The notes beneath the pieces were generated by a model. The model worked only from the letters and a program-made list of their open reading frames with translations. It had not been told where the DNA came from and searched no databases. From Nematocida ausubeli (taxonomy: Eukaryota), in the NCBI RefSeq assembly GCF_000738915.1, contig NW_026515637.1, forward strand, positions 372,001-436,000: a DNA stretch of 64,000 nt, in the 5' to 3' direction. Positions 31,329 to 41,691 of the stretch are shown one piece after another. Positions within the stretch are counted from its first letter, which is position 1. Every line of letters begins with the position of its first letter. Both the position numbers and the translations under genes were made by a program.

Positions 31329-32156
31329 TCAATGCAGCTTCCACTCAGATGCCAGTATTTCATCGCCCTGTTTGTTGAATATGACTGGCCAGTATTCCTT
31401 GTCTGCTGCTAAGATATCACTTCTTCGGAACCTGCTTTGCAGCATATGCAGGCCCTGTATCCTGGCATATGCTATATCCCCTTTCTTCTCACTTTTGAAG
31501 TTTTTCCACTTTCTGCCCTGAATTGCATCCAGGAAGATTGGGATGTATTTTGCGCCCCGGAAGTTAATGAAGGCATATCCATTGTTGCAGTTGCTTTTGA
31601 AGTCCATCCTTAAATAGACGAAGTCAAAGGCATTGTAGCATATTGATGTAAGCACTTCAATTAATTGCCGTATATTCAGCTTATTCGGGATGTTCTTTAT
31701 CATGCACGTGGTTCTGGTGTCTTTCCCGGATATAATTCTATCAAGGCATATGAGGTACGGGGAAAAGACTGGGAAGACTGGGTGCATATACATACTATTT
31801 CTGTAGTTCTCGCTCTGTGGGGTGAATGATCTTTCCAGGTTGAATTTGGTGCCAATTGGTGTAAATATGTGGCCTGGTATAACGCACGTGCAGTGCTCTG
31901 TTGGAAGATGCTCATCTGCATATATGTACGCACTCTCATTTGACTCCTTTGTAAGCAGCATGAATTGTCTTCCTTCAATCCACTTAAATCCTTTGAATGC
32001 CTTTTTGACATCTGAAACACCTTCTGTTTGTGATAACATTCCTCTTCCGCAGATATAGCAAGATTTAAATGGGAACAAGCCGACCTTGCATTTCTCCCGC
32101 ATTGGGAACCTTTTTGTCAGTTGTGGAATTGCCTTCACTTCCATGTTTTCCTTCAT
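31329..32156 (-). CDS. MEI2: Mei2-like RNA-binding protein (C-terminal RRM3 / RRM_2 only)
   Basis: 'DTRTTCMIKNIPNK', 'FDFVYLRMDFKSNCNNGYAFINF', 'KWKNFKSEK...AYARIQG' are diagnostic of the Mei2 RRM3. Confidence 0.9.
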   Translation of the reverse strand: MKENMEVKAIPQLTKRFPMREKCKVGLFPFKSCYICGRGMLSQTEGVSDVKKAFKGFKWIEGRQFMLLTKESNESAYIYADEHLPTEHCTCVIPGHIFTPIGTKFNLERSFTPQSENYRNSMYMHPVFPVFSPYLICLDRIISGKDTRTTCMIKNIPNKLNIRQLIEVLTSICYNAFDFVYLRMDFKSNCNNGYAFINFRGAKYIPIFLDAIQGRKWKNFKSEKKGDIAYARIQGLHMLQSRFRRSDILAADKEYWPVIFNKQGDEILASEWKLH

Positions 32157-32798
32157 ATTTTTCAGAGTATCTTCTCTTATATCTTGTATTCTTGTAGTTT
32201 ATTATATTAAGCAGATCCTTATCTTATGCATTTCTTTCATGAAAATATTCTTCTTACTGTGCTTTATAAATGATAAATTTCTTTTTAAATATATTTATAT
32301 GAAGTTTTTCGTAAAGTTTAAATTATTTAATCTCTTTAAGATATTTCAATATAGTGTGACACTGCCTGGATATTTGAAGTATTCTTATTTAGTATATACT
32401 GTATAGGTCTGTTGATTTCTATCATTTGGCGCTGATGAAATAGATAGTTTTGTTGTTGAAAGCTGCATACTATGACATCTGGAATATTTGAATTCTATCT
32501 TGTTATATTCAAATTTACTTCACTTCCATGGGCTGCATCTTGTTTGCGCCTGGTGCCTGTGATCGCATGGTTCTTTGAAAATGTCACTTTTTTCGAATAT
32601 TCTCTGATCATCATACAGGAAAAAAAAGTGTAGTTTTTCAATGAAAATGAACAGTTTTATTTTAAAGATAAAAATACAGGAAATATCTGCTGAATACAGC
32701 CAGAATATAACCAAAATATGGCAGTAGTAAGCGTAGTGCGCTGTAAGAATCAGGCTATTTTCAGAGTAGCCCAAAGGTTTTGGATATGGGTTTCTCGA

Positions 32799-33431
32799 TT
32801 AGAAAACAAATCTTGTCTTGCAGTGCTTGCATAGGGGAACGAATTTACAATAAAGCCCCAAGCAGATCGGGCATAAGTATCCTGTTTGTATCTCTTTATG
32901 GTGGCATATGCAGAATCTGGAAAGATTCTTCTTTGAGATCCGCCCAAAGTCCATTGAGAGCATTCCCATGAGGTACTCAAAAAGAGACTCATTTGAAGAG
33001 ATACTGAAGGCAGGCCTATTTAGCACGTCAGATATCTGGGACGCAAATCCATCATGCGGAATGACGCAGTCCACATGAATATTCTGCTTTTTTGCTGTAA
33101 ATGCGCATTTTATGAAGTTTAAGGACGTACTTCCCGAGGAAAAAAAGAGTATTTTACTTCTGTCCCTTTTCTCCTTCTGAACCAGCAGCAGGGCATACCC
33201 TAGGTCCCTGCACTGATCTGTCTCTGGGTCGCCATTAAAACCGCGTAATATTTTATCAGTAAGCTCTTCTTCCAAATTCACATCAGAATCAAACAAGATT
33301 GACAGCTTATTAACTATTTTAAGCCTGTTGTTATGCCCAGTCCGCAGATACATTATAAGAAAAACAAGCAAGTCATTCATTGACTGCTCGCTCATTGGGA
33401 ACTGGCTGGATACCACAAGAACCAAAAGCAT
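32799..33431 (-). CDS. TFB4: TFIIH subunit Tfb4/p34
   Basis: vWA-like N-terminus ('DLGYAL', 'FIKCAFTAKKQNIHVD') and C-terminal 'CICHHKEIQTGYLCPICLGLYC..PLCKHCKTRF'. Start corrected to the ATG at 33431. Confidence 0.9.
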   Translation of the reverse strand: MLLVLVVSSQFPMSEQSMNDLLVFLIMYLRTGHNNRLKIVNKLSILFDSDVNLEEELTDKILRGFNGDPETDQCRDLGYALLLVQKEKRDRSKILFFSSGSTSLNFIKCAFTAKKQNIHVDCVIPHDGFASQISDVLNRPAFSISSNESLFEYLMGMLSMDFGRISKKNLSRFCICHHKEIQTGYLCPICLGLYCKFVPLCKHCKTRFVF

Positions 33432-33669
33432 AAAAATAAATTTGCAAATTACAAAGAGACCGTTTATGCACACTCACAACCAGCAGTCAAAGAGACAGAA
33501 GTATAGTGAGCCATAAGGAAGAACATGAATTTATGCTCCCAAAATAGTCCAAACCAAAAATCCAAAATTATCCTCAAAGAAATTTCCAACAAGAATATGC
33601 CTAGGACTATCTTATGTCTGTTCTGCAGGCATGTGAATTATAAGTCAGCAAGTAATATGTATTATTTAT

Positions 33670-36600
33670 TTATGCAAAGCCAAATCCACTTGAACATTCC
33701 TCAAGGGAGAACAGAAGGGATTTGACAAGCTGTTCGTACGAATCATATTCCGGGATGTCTAATTGGTTGAAGCAAGTGTGTGCCGTTGGGAGCCTAGTGG
33801 AACCGCCAGATGCCTTATGGATTTGGAACTTTTGGTTTCCGTTTGGGCACCTTAGTCCTGCAAACCCTTCAAGAGGCAGCTTTGATGTTCCTGTGGCAAA
33901 CTGCAGAAGCTTTGCACGCTCTTCCATGCTGAAATTACGGACTGCCCTCCAGTACCACCGGATCACTTGTGACTCTGAGGTGTACCCGAAGTATACTGTG
34001 TTATTGCGCCAGTCATCCACGTCAATCTCTGGGAGACCACTGATCAGCAGCTCAACCTCCTTTTCATTAAACATCTTCAGCAGGTTTATATCAAGAATTT
34101 CAAAGAACCCTTCAGCAAATGCAGAGAGCTGTCTCTCTATGACACGAACCAGTTTAAACCCGCATACAAGCTCAACGTACTCCCTCTTATTCGCATTAGT
34201 CAAAGGAATATTCCTTCCATTTTCCTTCAAGTCAATCACTTCTGTGATGCCAAATCTGTCCTGCTCCATGGAGAAAGTCATCTCCAAGACATTTTCAATG
34301 TCGTTCTCCAGGATCCAAACCAGAGACCGGTGGAACTCCGGGTCTAGGGCCTCTACATCACTCAGATCCACGGGTATTCTCAGAACTCTCTTGTAGAATG
34401 CTCTGGTGAAGTGGCAGTCAACTGTCATTTCGTCGTAAACCGCTTTCCCAATGATTCTCCCAATGAACTTGAAGTACACCAGGTGCTCTGGGTTTATGTG
34501 GCTGATGTGGTTCGGCTGGTACGAAGACCCAATGGGCGTGAAAAGGGCATAGTTTGGATTGAACATTTCCTTGCTCAGCTCAGAGTACCACTCCCTCGTG
34601 AGGCCGCCTGCATCAACACCTTCTTCTCCTACGAATTTTATGTTGAATTTGGCATTTCTGACTTGCTCACCTGTGAGGCGCATCAATTGATGGAAAGTAT
34701 CCTCGAATACAGCACCCCTTTGGACCATGAGTGGGACAGTCGTGCGCATCTGAATGTCTCCCCGGATCTTCTTGTAGAAGTAGATCCTTTTATTGTCAAA
34801 GTCAAGAATCTTCTTCTGGAGACCTGCAAATGAGTGGAAGAGTAGGTCTGGGTCTGCCTGTATGAATGTATTAATAAGATCCTTCTCCCTTTCAATTACC
34901 CCATGGTATACGGCAGATTCATTCTGTATTTCTGCAAATTCATTTGAATGTGCCTTTCTTCCAACGTATATCTGTATGGAGTGCACAATGATAAATGCCT
35001 TGAAGAGTGGAAGTATTGAAGATGCGTACAAAGAGTCTTTCTCCTTGGGAAGAATTCTATTGAAATAATACTCCCAGAAGGGCATTTCCCTGAGGGCGTA
35101 CAATTCCTTAAGATACTCATCCGTTATTCCCACAATATTTATCAAAGTAACCATTCTCACAAGCTTAATAATACTCTTATGGTGCACATGACTGTTAAAT
35201 TCCTCCTTCCTGTGCATGCACTCCTCCAGGCTCTTTTTACTGCCAGCCATCAAGTACACCAGGTACTCTGCCCTGTAGAATCTGTCTGTTTTCCGGACAA
35301 ATTCGCAGAAGTACCTGAAACTGTCGTCTGTCATATCGTACTCTAAGAAGCCAATGTACCTTTCTGCTTCAATCCCATCTGCTGCTAGGACTCTGTCACT
35401 ATTGAAGCAGTCACCCACTGTACTCAGTAGCTTAACACTTTCTGCAATGGTTCTTTTATTCGTTGCATGCAGGATCTTATTGATCAGTGATGTGTCATAG
35501 CTAAATGCCGTTGTAAAATCAGAAGATTTAGTGCACAGATACGTCAGTGCTTCAAAACCCCTCTTTACAATCACTTCAGGCGAGACTGCTTCTGTGTGTG
35601 CAGGTGAAGAGATACTTGCACTTACAAAAGAATTCCCACCATTTGAATTTCCTGTTGACTCCAGGGCCATTTGGTGAATTATCTTGGCAAGTGTCTCTAC
35701 AGCAAATATTCTTATCTCTTTGTTTGCAGATATATTATTGATAATCCTGTAAAGATTCCTTCTGTTTCCGCACTGAATGATCGTATGGATGAATTCCAGT
35801 ACGATTTCCATGGGCACAGATGCTTCTGCTTCTCTTTCTGCAATAAAAGGTATTTCTTGCGGTTTCTTCTTTTTTTCTTCTCTCCTGGGAACTATTTCCC
35901 CAGCAAATGTCTCCATATACCGTGTTTCATGTTCTTCAAATACGCTTCTGACTTCTTCCCGGAGACGGTTCAGGAAGTGCAGGCTAATAGGCCGATACTC
36001 CGTGCTGGATGATATTCTGTCTTGGTAGAACTGCGCAACCGTATCCTCCAAGATGGAAGCAGGCAGATTATTCAAGACTTCTTCATCCAGCTCTGGTATT
36101 TCTCCATTTTCATCCCCTATGACTATTTCTTCTCCAGTGGCAAAACTCTCTTCGTCATCATATTCATCCTCTGCAGACCCATTTTCATCGTACTCATAGT
36201 GCGAGTCATCGTCGTATTCGTAGTCATTCTCGTCCGATGAGTAATCATGGTCATTCGGGTCATAGCTGTACTCAATTGATATCTCTGTTGCCTCTGTCCC
36301 TAAGATATGTCCACCCTGCAGGTTTTCACTAGCTCCAGGGCCCTCCTCCGTGGAAGAAGGCTCTTTCTCTTGTAGGGCAGAGATAATCATGCCTTCAAGT
36401 ATCTTCTGAAGGAAAGACATCTTCTCTCCACCCAAGAATATTTCCATCTCTTCAGCAAGCAGCTTTGACACAGAAGGCATGCAGAGTGTCTTAAGGAATT
36501 CTGTCTTCTCAGATTGTTCTGCTGAAGAGTGCTCCTTCTCTGTCTCTGCCTCACTTGTCTCGTCTGAGATGTAGTTCTCGTAATTATTTGACTCTGAGGT

Positions 36601-39600
36601 GTAGACTGTAAGGGAGTCATCTTCACTGCACATCTCACCTGCCTCATGCGAGTGTTCTTCTGTGTCTTCGTACACGACTTGGTCACTGTCCATGGTCTCA
36701 TCGGTATCAAAGTCCTCCATGAATCCTTCATCTATATCCTCAAAGTACACTTCTTCTTCTGACTGCGTGACTTCTTCATAGAATGCTTCTTTCTCATCTA
36801 CTGCAAGTATTCTTGTGATGTACTCCAGTGGTTTTGTGAGTATTTCCATGATATTCCCGTAGTCCTTCCTTCTGCTGTCTATTTCCATTGCACCGCGTAT
36901 CATAGTCTCCAGACACTTCATCTCCTTGACGAGTGATATATTCTCATCGAAAGCATTCTTGCTAAACCTCATGGTAAGTGTCTCCTGGATTAATTCCGAG
37001 AATATAACGGTAGAATTCACAGAGGCAGGAAGTGCCAGCAGGATATTCTGCATGATATACCTCTTAATATCAAGGCACGTGGAGTGGTTGAAAATAAGCA
37101 TGATAATGTAGCCTGACCAGTACGCCAGGGTTTTGTCCTCCTGGGGCACTGCACTCTGCTTGAGTGACTTAGCATACACTGCGTGATTCTGTATGAAGTA
37201 CAAGAAGTATTCGTAGTCACCTGGCAGGAGTGTCGTAAGTAACTGCGGGAATGTAGTAACCAGCAGGCACAAAGAGTGTATTCTAATGATCTGTTCTATC
37301 TTCCCGGGTGCCCTGTGCATGAAAAGTGTCCTGAATATATCTGTATTTAAGTCCGAATATATTTTTGTCTTCTTTGTGAACAGTCCATCAGAGAGTGTCT
37401 CCAGGGCAGCCTCTGATATTTGGCCTGGGCTTGGGGCTGGCTTTGTTTCTTCTGGTATTTTATGCCTGATATCCTCCCAGCCTGCACTGATGCACTCAAA
37501 GTTCTCCAATATGTAGGATAAAAATGAAGAAACTGAGTAGAATATTGTGCTTCTTAGGTTACTACAGGTTGTATGCGTGGTGTACATCCTGTACTTCCCT
37601 AAGTGTTTGCTTTTTATGATTGTATCTACTGTTTCCTTCACGGCTTCTTTACTTTCTATGATCCTTCTGATGAGCAGGTTTATGAGCATGATAATTCCAT
37701 CTTTTGTTTCTGTCCTTTCTACTGCACTGTACATTCTATTAAGATAAACAAGAGGGTCATCCATCTGTATATTTAGATTGTACTCTATCCTTATCTTTGT
37801 GACAGCCAGAATGACAACGCCCTGGGCCTCGATTAATTCTGGGTCTTCTGTCTCTTCAAAGGAAATTCTTCCTGTGAACTTAGAGAGGACGGATGTCTTC
37901 TTTAATGTATCCCGCATAGCCACAAAGACAAGTCCCATGGCGTATAACCTAAGGAGTGCAGGGTCTTTGGATGACCCGATTATTTCAGTCATTTTCGGGA
38001 TGGAACCCACTAAGTGCGCAAATACCCTGCTCTCCTTTATGGCTGCATACCTCAGAAGATCGAAGCATCCTCTGTTGTAGACTTGCTTAAAGGTCTTTTT
38101 ATTCTTCACCAGGATCGTGAATATGTCTGAGTTCAAGACACTTTCAGTCTCTTCCTTTGGGAGACCTAAAAATACAGAGATAAAGAATGACCCAAGGATA
38201 GATCTTCTCTTGTGCTCTGGGCTTCCTTCATGCTCTCTCTCCAATTCTTTTGTCACTTGCTTCTTGAGTGTAATATAAAAGGCTGTCTTAATAATGCTTA
38301 GTAAGTGGTCTATGCTGCCTTTGTCAATGTACTCCATCAGAAGCTCAATTATTATGAGCACGTGCTCCTCAATCTCAGAGACCTTCTTCTTTGACTCCTT
38401 CACAGGAATGAAAAGGTTCTTTATTCCGCGTGTATATATGGAGAGTACTTCCAAAATGGAAATAACCACCTTCTTCAGTGCACCCATCTGTATCTCTTCA
38501 TTCTTCAGTTGTAATATGGCAGTTTTCCCGTGCTGCATTAATATTCCGCTTAAATTCAATCCAATCAAGTAGTCATGCGTGACAATGAAATAGTTCATAT
38601 GGGGATATGTCTTAGTGTCTTTATCCAGGAGCAAATAGTTCTTCAGACCGTGCATATGCTGTGTATAGTATATTTGGTCTACTTCCTGTGCTTTCTCTAA
38701 AAGGTCTTCCATCAGGATACTAAACATTTTCAGATAGTGTTTAGCAGAGTCCTTTGTCGTGTATATGTTCCTGAGTATGCCCAGAGTGAAGGAGTAGTAC
38801 AAATTAGTCAGAGATTCACACGTAGACACAGATATGCCTAGAGTACTTTCCCTTCTAACTCTGTCAAAGTACTGACTAATCTTCTTGATTATCTGCAGGA
38901 AACCCTTTGATGTACAGTGCTTCACGAACTCCTTGCTTGTCTCATCTGTCTTAAAGACAAGGTAGTTTGCAATCAGAAGGATCCTTTTAACCTTCTCCAC
39001 ATTCTCTGGTGTAGTCTTATTCTTCATGGTTCTGTCTATGACCTTTGCAATGTAAGAAATGACGTACGCTTGGTCTTCCTCAAATACTTCCATGAGTATA
39101 CTCATTACGTCAGTGTACAAGTCTGTTTCAACGGGTATTTCTATGAGCATGAGCATGCTTATGATTCTATTATTAAGGAGGCCTTTGTCCGTTATAAGCT
39201 GGTTATTTGTTGTTTTCCTGTAGACTGCCCTGTGCACCATACGGAATAGATTCTCCAGCAGGAGAAGCATCAGGTCTGGCTCTGTCTGGGATATCTGTCC
39301 CTCCAGGGTCTTCATTGTATTGTATATCTTCTCTTTCACAGTTGAAGAAATCACAGGATAATGACGCACTAAGTTCTCCAGGAATATTCCGTACGTCCTA
39401 GCAATATCATAAGACATAATTACGTTGCACATCCCAGGGACCTCAAAGCACGTGAATATTTTATCCAGGATATTCTCTGCCTGTATCTTCTGTATTAAGT
39501 CCGAGTTCAAGAAGAATGCTTCGATGAGATTTGGGAGTTCCATGAGCAAGTCAGCTGAGACAGGCACGTCCTTCTGCATGCACACTACAAATCCATCAAA

Positions 39601-41085
39601 TATGCCTGCTTCAATTATAAATGGCAGATTAGATGGTTCATTATGTATGTAGTCTGAGACAGCAGAGAATAAGTATGCTAGAATAGAAGGCGTAAATTCC
39701 TCTGAGTGAAATAGCACTAGGTTAATTGCCCTGGGGAATTCACCCTCTAAGAATCCTCGCATGGCCTCACTTGTCCCTGCATTCTTGAATAACTGCGAGA
39801 TTATTTTCATGATCGAATTAATGTACATCAGTAGGTCATGGTCCTTGACTTGTCCCAAAGCACTTTCCACTGCCTGCAATAATTCCTTAGAGAGAATTCT
39901 TATTCCATTCTCAGATATAAACCATGTGAATGGGACAGGAAGAGTGAACAGGAATGTGTTAGCACCCATTACCAGACGCATTCTCTTTCTGTACGAAATA
40001 TCTGGTCTACTTCTGAGTGTATTGCAGACGTACTGCACAATTCCTGCAGAGAACAAGGCAGAGACACAAGGCGCAGATGCAAAGCAAGAACTCAGGAAGT
40101 TGAAGAATGCAATGGCAAAGTGTTCTGGTACGTCTTCATTTACGACCTTCTTTAAAAGTGTCATAATCATGCCTTCATGTGACTGTGCATTCATGGCAGC
40201 TATAACGGAAGAGTGTCTTATTCGCATCCTGAATATCGCATCTATCATTGTGACAGCTGCCTCTCTCATGTGGTATCCTTCTGAGTTTATGATTGCTAGT
40301 GTCTCAGGAAGGTCTCTGCTGATGAACTCTGAGTCTATAGGGAGGTCTGTGTAACTGTAATACACTAGTGCACTAAATGCAAGCATCCTTATGATCTTTA
40401 GTTTATCCATTTGTTCAGTCTGTTCATGCAGTCTGATCGCATGTATGAACCTTTTTAGTTCATGCTTTGGGACTATCTTATCAAGTGCTGTATAAATTCC
40501 CTTTTTTAACGTCTTTTTAATATTCACTCTCTTGCACGTATTTGTGGTCTCATCATAATACGTGTATATACTCTGTGGCTTATCCTTTACTCTGTCTATG
40601 AGTACCTTTAGTGAGTCCATCTTCATCAATAGCATGCTTGTCTTTATTGATCTCTGAATGTGCACCTTTGACGCAAAGAAAGAGACCAAATAGAGTGCTT
40701 CTATGGCCAGAGATAACTCAAATGAATAGATAAATGGTTCTATTACGTCAAATGAACTGAAAATACTCTTATTTGAACTATTTTCAACTAACAATTTCTG
40801 GAACCGTACGATTGCATGGACTATTTCTATGTGAGATTCATGCATTGGTTTATTTTGGTACTGATTTAGATTATATTCTGCTACAATACTGGATAAAATA
40901 CCATCAAATCTGTCTAGTACGTCCATCCAGTATATAAGGTCACTCTTAGTGTATTTCCATTCAGAAATATTCCTTAAATATCCAGAAATCTCTTCTTCTG
41001 ATATATCTATTAGTCTTTCTATGATATTTGAGATTTGCTCAGGAGGCTGTGAGAATCGTCTTTGCGTTGGTCTTTCAATCTTCAT
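33670..41085 (-). CDS. TOM1: HECT E3 ubiquitin ligase Tom1/HUWE1
   Basis: N-terminal DUF908-like 'DLIYWMDVLDRFDGIL', acidic tracts, UBM-like 'DEEVLNNLP', and HECT 'EEGVDAGGLTREWY...LLQFATGTSKLPLEGF...RLPTAHTCFNQLDIPEY'. Confidence 0.95.
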   Translation of the reverse strand: MKIERPTQRRFSQPPEQISNIIERLIDISEEEISGYLRNISEWKYTKSDLIYWMDVLDRFDGILSSIVAEYNLNQYQNKPMHESHIEIVHAIVRFQKLLVENSSNKSIFSSFDVIEPFIYSFELSLAIEALYLVSFFASKVHIQRSIKTSMLLMKMDSLKVLIDRVKDKPQSIYTYYDETTNTCKRVNIKKTLKKGIYTALDKIVPKHELKRFIHAIRLHEQTEQMDKLKIIRMLAFSALVYYSYTDLPIDSEFISRDLPETLAIINSEGYHMREAAVTMIDAIFRMRIRHSSVIAAMNAQSHEGMIMTLLKKVVNEDVPEHFAIAFFNFLSSCFASAPCVSALFSAGIVQYVCNTLRSRPDISYRKRMRLVMGANTFLFTLPVPFTWFISENGIRILSKELLQAVESALGQVKDHDLLMYINSIMKIISQLFKNAGTSEAMRGFLEGEFPRAINLVLFHSEEFTPSILAYLFSAVSDYIHNEPSNLPFIIEAGIFDGFVVCMQKDVPVSADLLMELPNLIEAFFLNSDLIQKIQAENILDKIFTCFEVPGMCNVIMSYDIARTYGIFLENLVRHYPVISSTVKEKIYNTMKTLEGQISQTEPDLMLLLLENLFRMVHRAVYRKTTNNQLITDKGLLNNRIISMLMLIEIPVETDLYTDVMSILMEVFEEDQAYVISYIAKVIDRTMKNKTTPENVEKVKRILLIANYLVFKTDETSKEFVKHCTSKGFLQIIKKISQYFDRVRRESTLGISVSTCESLTNLYYSFTLGILRNIYTTKDSAKHYLKMFSILMEDLLEKAQEVDQIYYTQHMHGLKNYLLLDKDTKTYPHMNYFIVTHDYLIGLNLSGILMQHGKTAILQLKNEEIQMGALKKVVISILEVLSIYTRGIKNLFIPVKESKKKVSEIEEHVLIIIELLMEYIDKGSIDHLLSIIKTAFYITLKKQVTKELEREHEGSPEHKRRSILGSFFISVFLGLPKEETESVLNSDIFTILVKNKKTFKQVYNRGCFDLLRYAAIKESRVFAHLVGSIPKMTEIIGSSKDPALLRLYAMGLVFVAMRDTLKKTSVLSKFTGRISFEETEDPELIEAQGVVILAVTKIRIEYNLNIQMDDPLVYLNRMYSAVERTETKDGIIMLINLLIRRIIESKEAVKETVDTIIKSKHLGKYRMYTTHTTCSNLRSTIFYSVSSFLSYILENFECISAGWEDIRHKIPEETKPAPSPGQISEAALETLSDGLFTKKTKIYSDLNTDIFRTLFMHRAPGKIEQIIRIHSLCLLVTTFPQLLTTLLPGDYEYFLYFIQNHAVYAKSLKQSAVPQEDKTLAYWSGYIIMLIFNHSTCLDIKRYIMQNILLALPASVNSTVIFSELIQETLTMRFSKNAFDENISLVKEMKCLETMIRGAMEIDSRRKDYGNIMEILTKPLEYITRILAVDEKEAFYEEVTQSEEEVYFEDIDEGFMEDFDTDETMDSDQVVYEDTEEHSHEAGEMCSEDDSLTVYTSESNNYENYISDETSEAETEKEHSSAEQSEKTEFLKTLCMPSVSKLLAEEMEIFLGGEKMSFLQKILEGMIISALQEKEPSSTEEGPGASENLQGGHILGTEATEISIEYSYDPNDHDYSSDENDYEYDDDSHYEYDENGSAEDEYDDEESFATGEEIVIGDENGEIPELDEEVLNNLPASILEDTVAQFYQDRISSSTEYRPISLHFLNRLREEVRSVFEEHETRYMETFAGEIVPRREEKKKKPQEIPFIAEREAEASVPMEIVLEFIHTIIQCGNRRNLYRIINNISANKEIRIFAVETLAKIIHQMALESTGNSNGGNSFVSASISSPAHTEAVSPEVIVKRGFEALTYLCTKSSDFTTAFSYDTSLINKILHATNKRTIAESVKLLSTVGDCFNSDRVLAADGIEAERYIGFLEYDMTDDSFRYFCEFVRKTDRFYRAEYLVYLMAGSKKSLEECMHRKEEFNSHVHHKSIIKLVRMVTLINIVGITDEYLKELYALREMPFWEYYFNRILPKEKDSLYASSILPLFKAFIIVHSIQIYVGRKAHSNEFAEIQNESAVYHGVIEREKDLINTFIQADPDLLFHSFAGLQKKILDFDNKRIYFYKKIRGDIQMRTTVPLMVQRGAVFEDTFHQLMRLTGEQVRNAKFNIKFVGEEGVDAGGLTREWYSELSKEMFNPNYALFTPIGSSYQPNHISHINPEHLVYFKFIGRIIGKAVYDEMTVDCHFTRAFYKRVLRIPVDLSDVEALDPEFHRSLVWILENDIENVLEMTFSMEQDRFGITEVIDLKENGRNIPLTNANKREYVELVCGFKLVRVIERQLSAFAEGFFEILDINLLKMFNEKEVELLISGLPEIDVDDWRNNTVYFGYTSESQVIRWYWRAVRNFSMEERAKLLQFATGTSKLPLEGFAGLRCPNGNQKFQIHKASGGSTRLPTAHTCFNQLDIPEYDSYEQLVKSLLFSLEECSSGFGFA

Positions 41086-41149
41086 AAAAATAAAAAAAAC
41101 AAATCTATAAATACTTTTGTATCGTGAATATATAACCAGACTAGAGAGA

Positions 41150-41610
41150 TATATAGGTGTTTAGTAGTATTTACAACAGGGGGTATAATAGATAGTCATA
41201 TTTAGTAGTATTTAGTCATAAATACAACAGGGGATATAGGTTATAAAATATACTTGTGTTATAGTTAGTCATATTTAGTCATATTTACAATATACAATAT
41301 ACTCTTAAAATACTTTAGTAGAGTTAGTCATATTTATAACGTATATACATATTCTGGTCATGTTTAGTCATGTTTAGTCATAAATACAACAGGAAATACC
41401 CAAATATAAAATACTCTACTACTAGCTATATTTATAACAGAAATATTCTCTTCTAAAAAATATAAAAATAAATTAGTCATAGTCACAACAGAGAATACCC
41501 TCTACTCACTGTATAAAATATACTCTAGTACAGTTAGTCATAGTCACAACAGAAGATACTCACTATAAACACCCAGAAAAATAAGTTAGTCACAAATACA
41601 ACATAAAATA
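41150..41610. repeat. Family B array (TTAGTCA / ACAACAG motifs)
   Basis: Repeated 'ttagtcata', 'tacaacag' and 'agtcacaacag'. Confidence 0.7.
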
Positions 41611-41691
41611 TCCACTATATAAAATATATCCTTTATTCTCTTACTCTTCTCTTACTCTTCTCTTATTCTTCTCTCTCGGGTTATATTCTGG

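Noticed and set aside
32495..32520. Short spliceosomal intron (GTAAAT...TAG) on the minus strand
   Set aside because: No other gene here needs an intron, and no convincing downstream exon links to the Mei2-like ORF.
33722..40354. Many 60-224 aa ORFs antisense to or nested in TOM1 (likewise in ACC1, VID27, VPH1)
   Set aside because: Shadow ORFs of long genes with no recognisable motifs.
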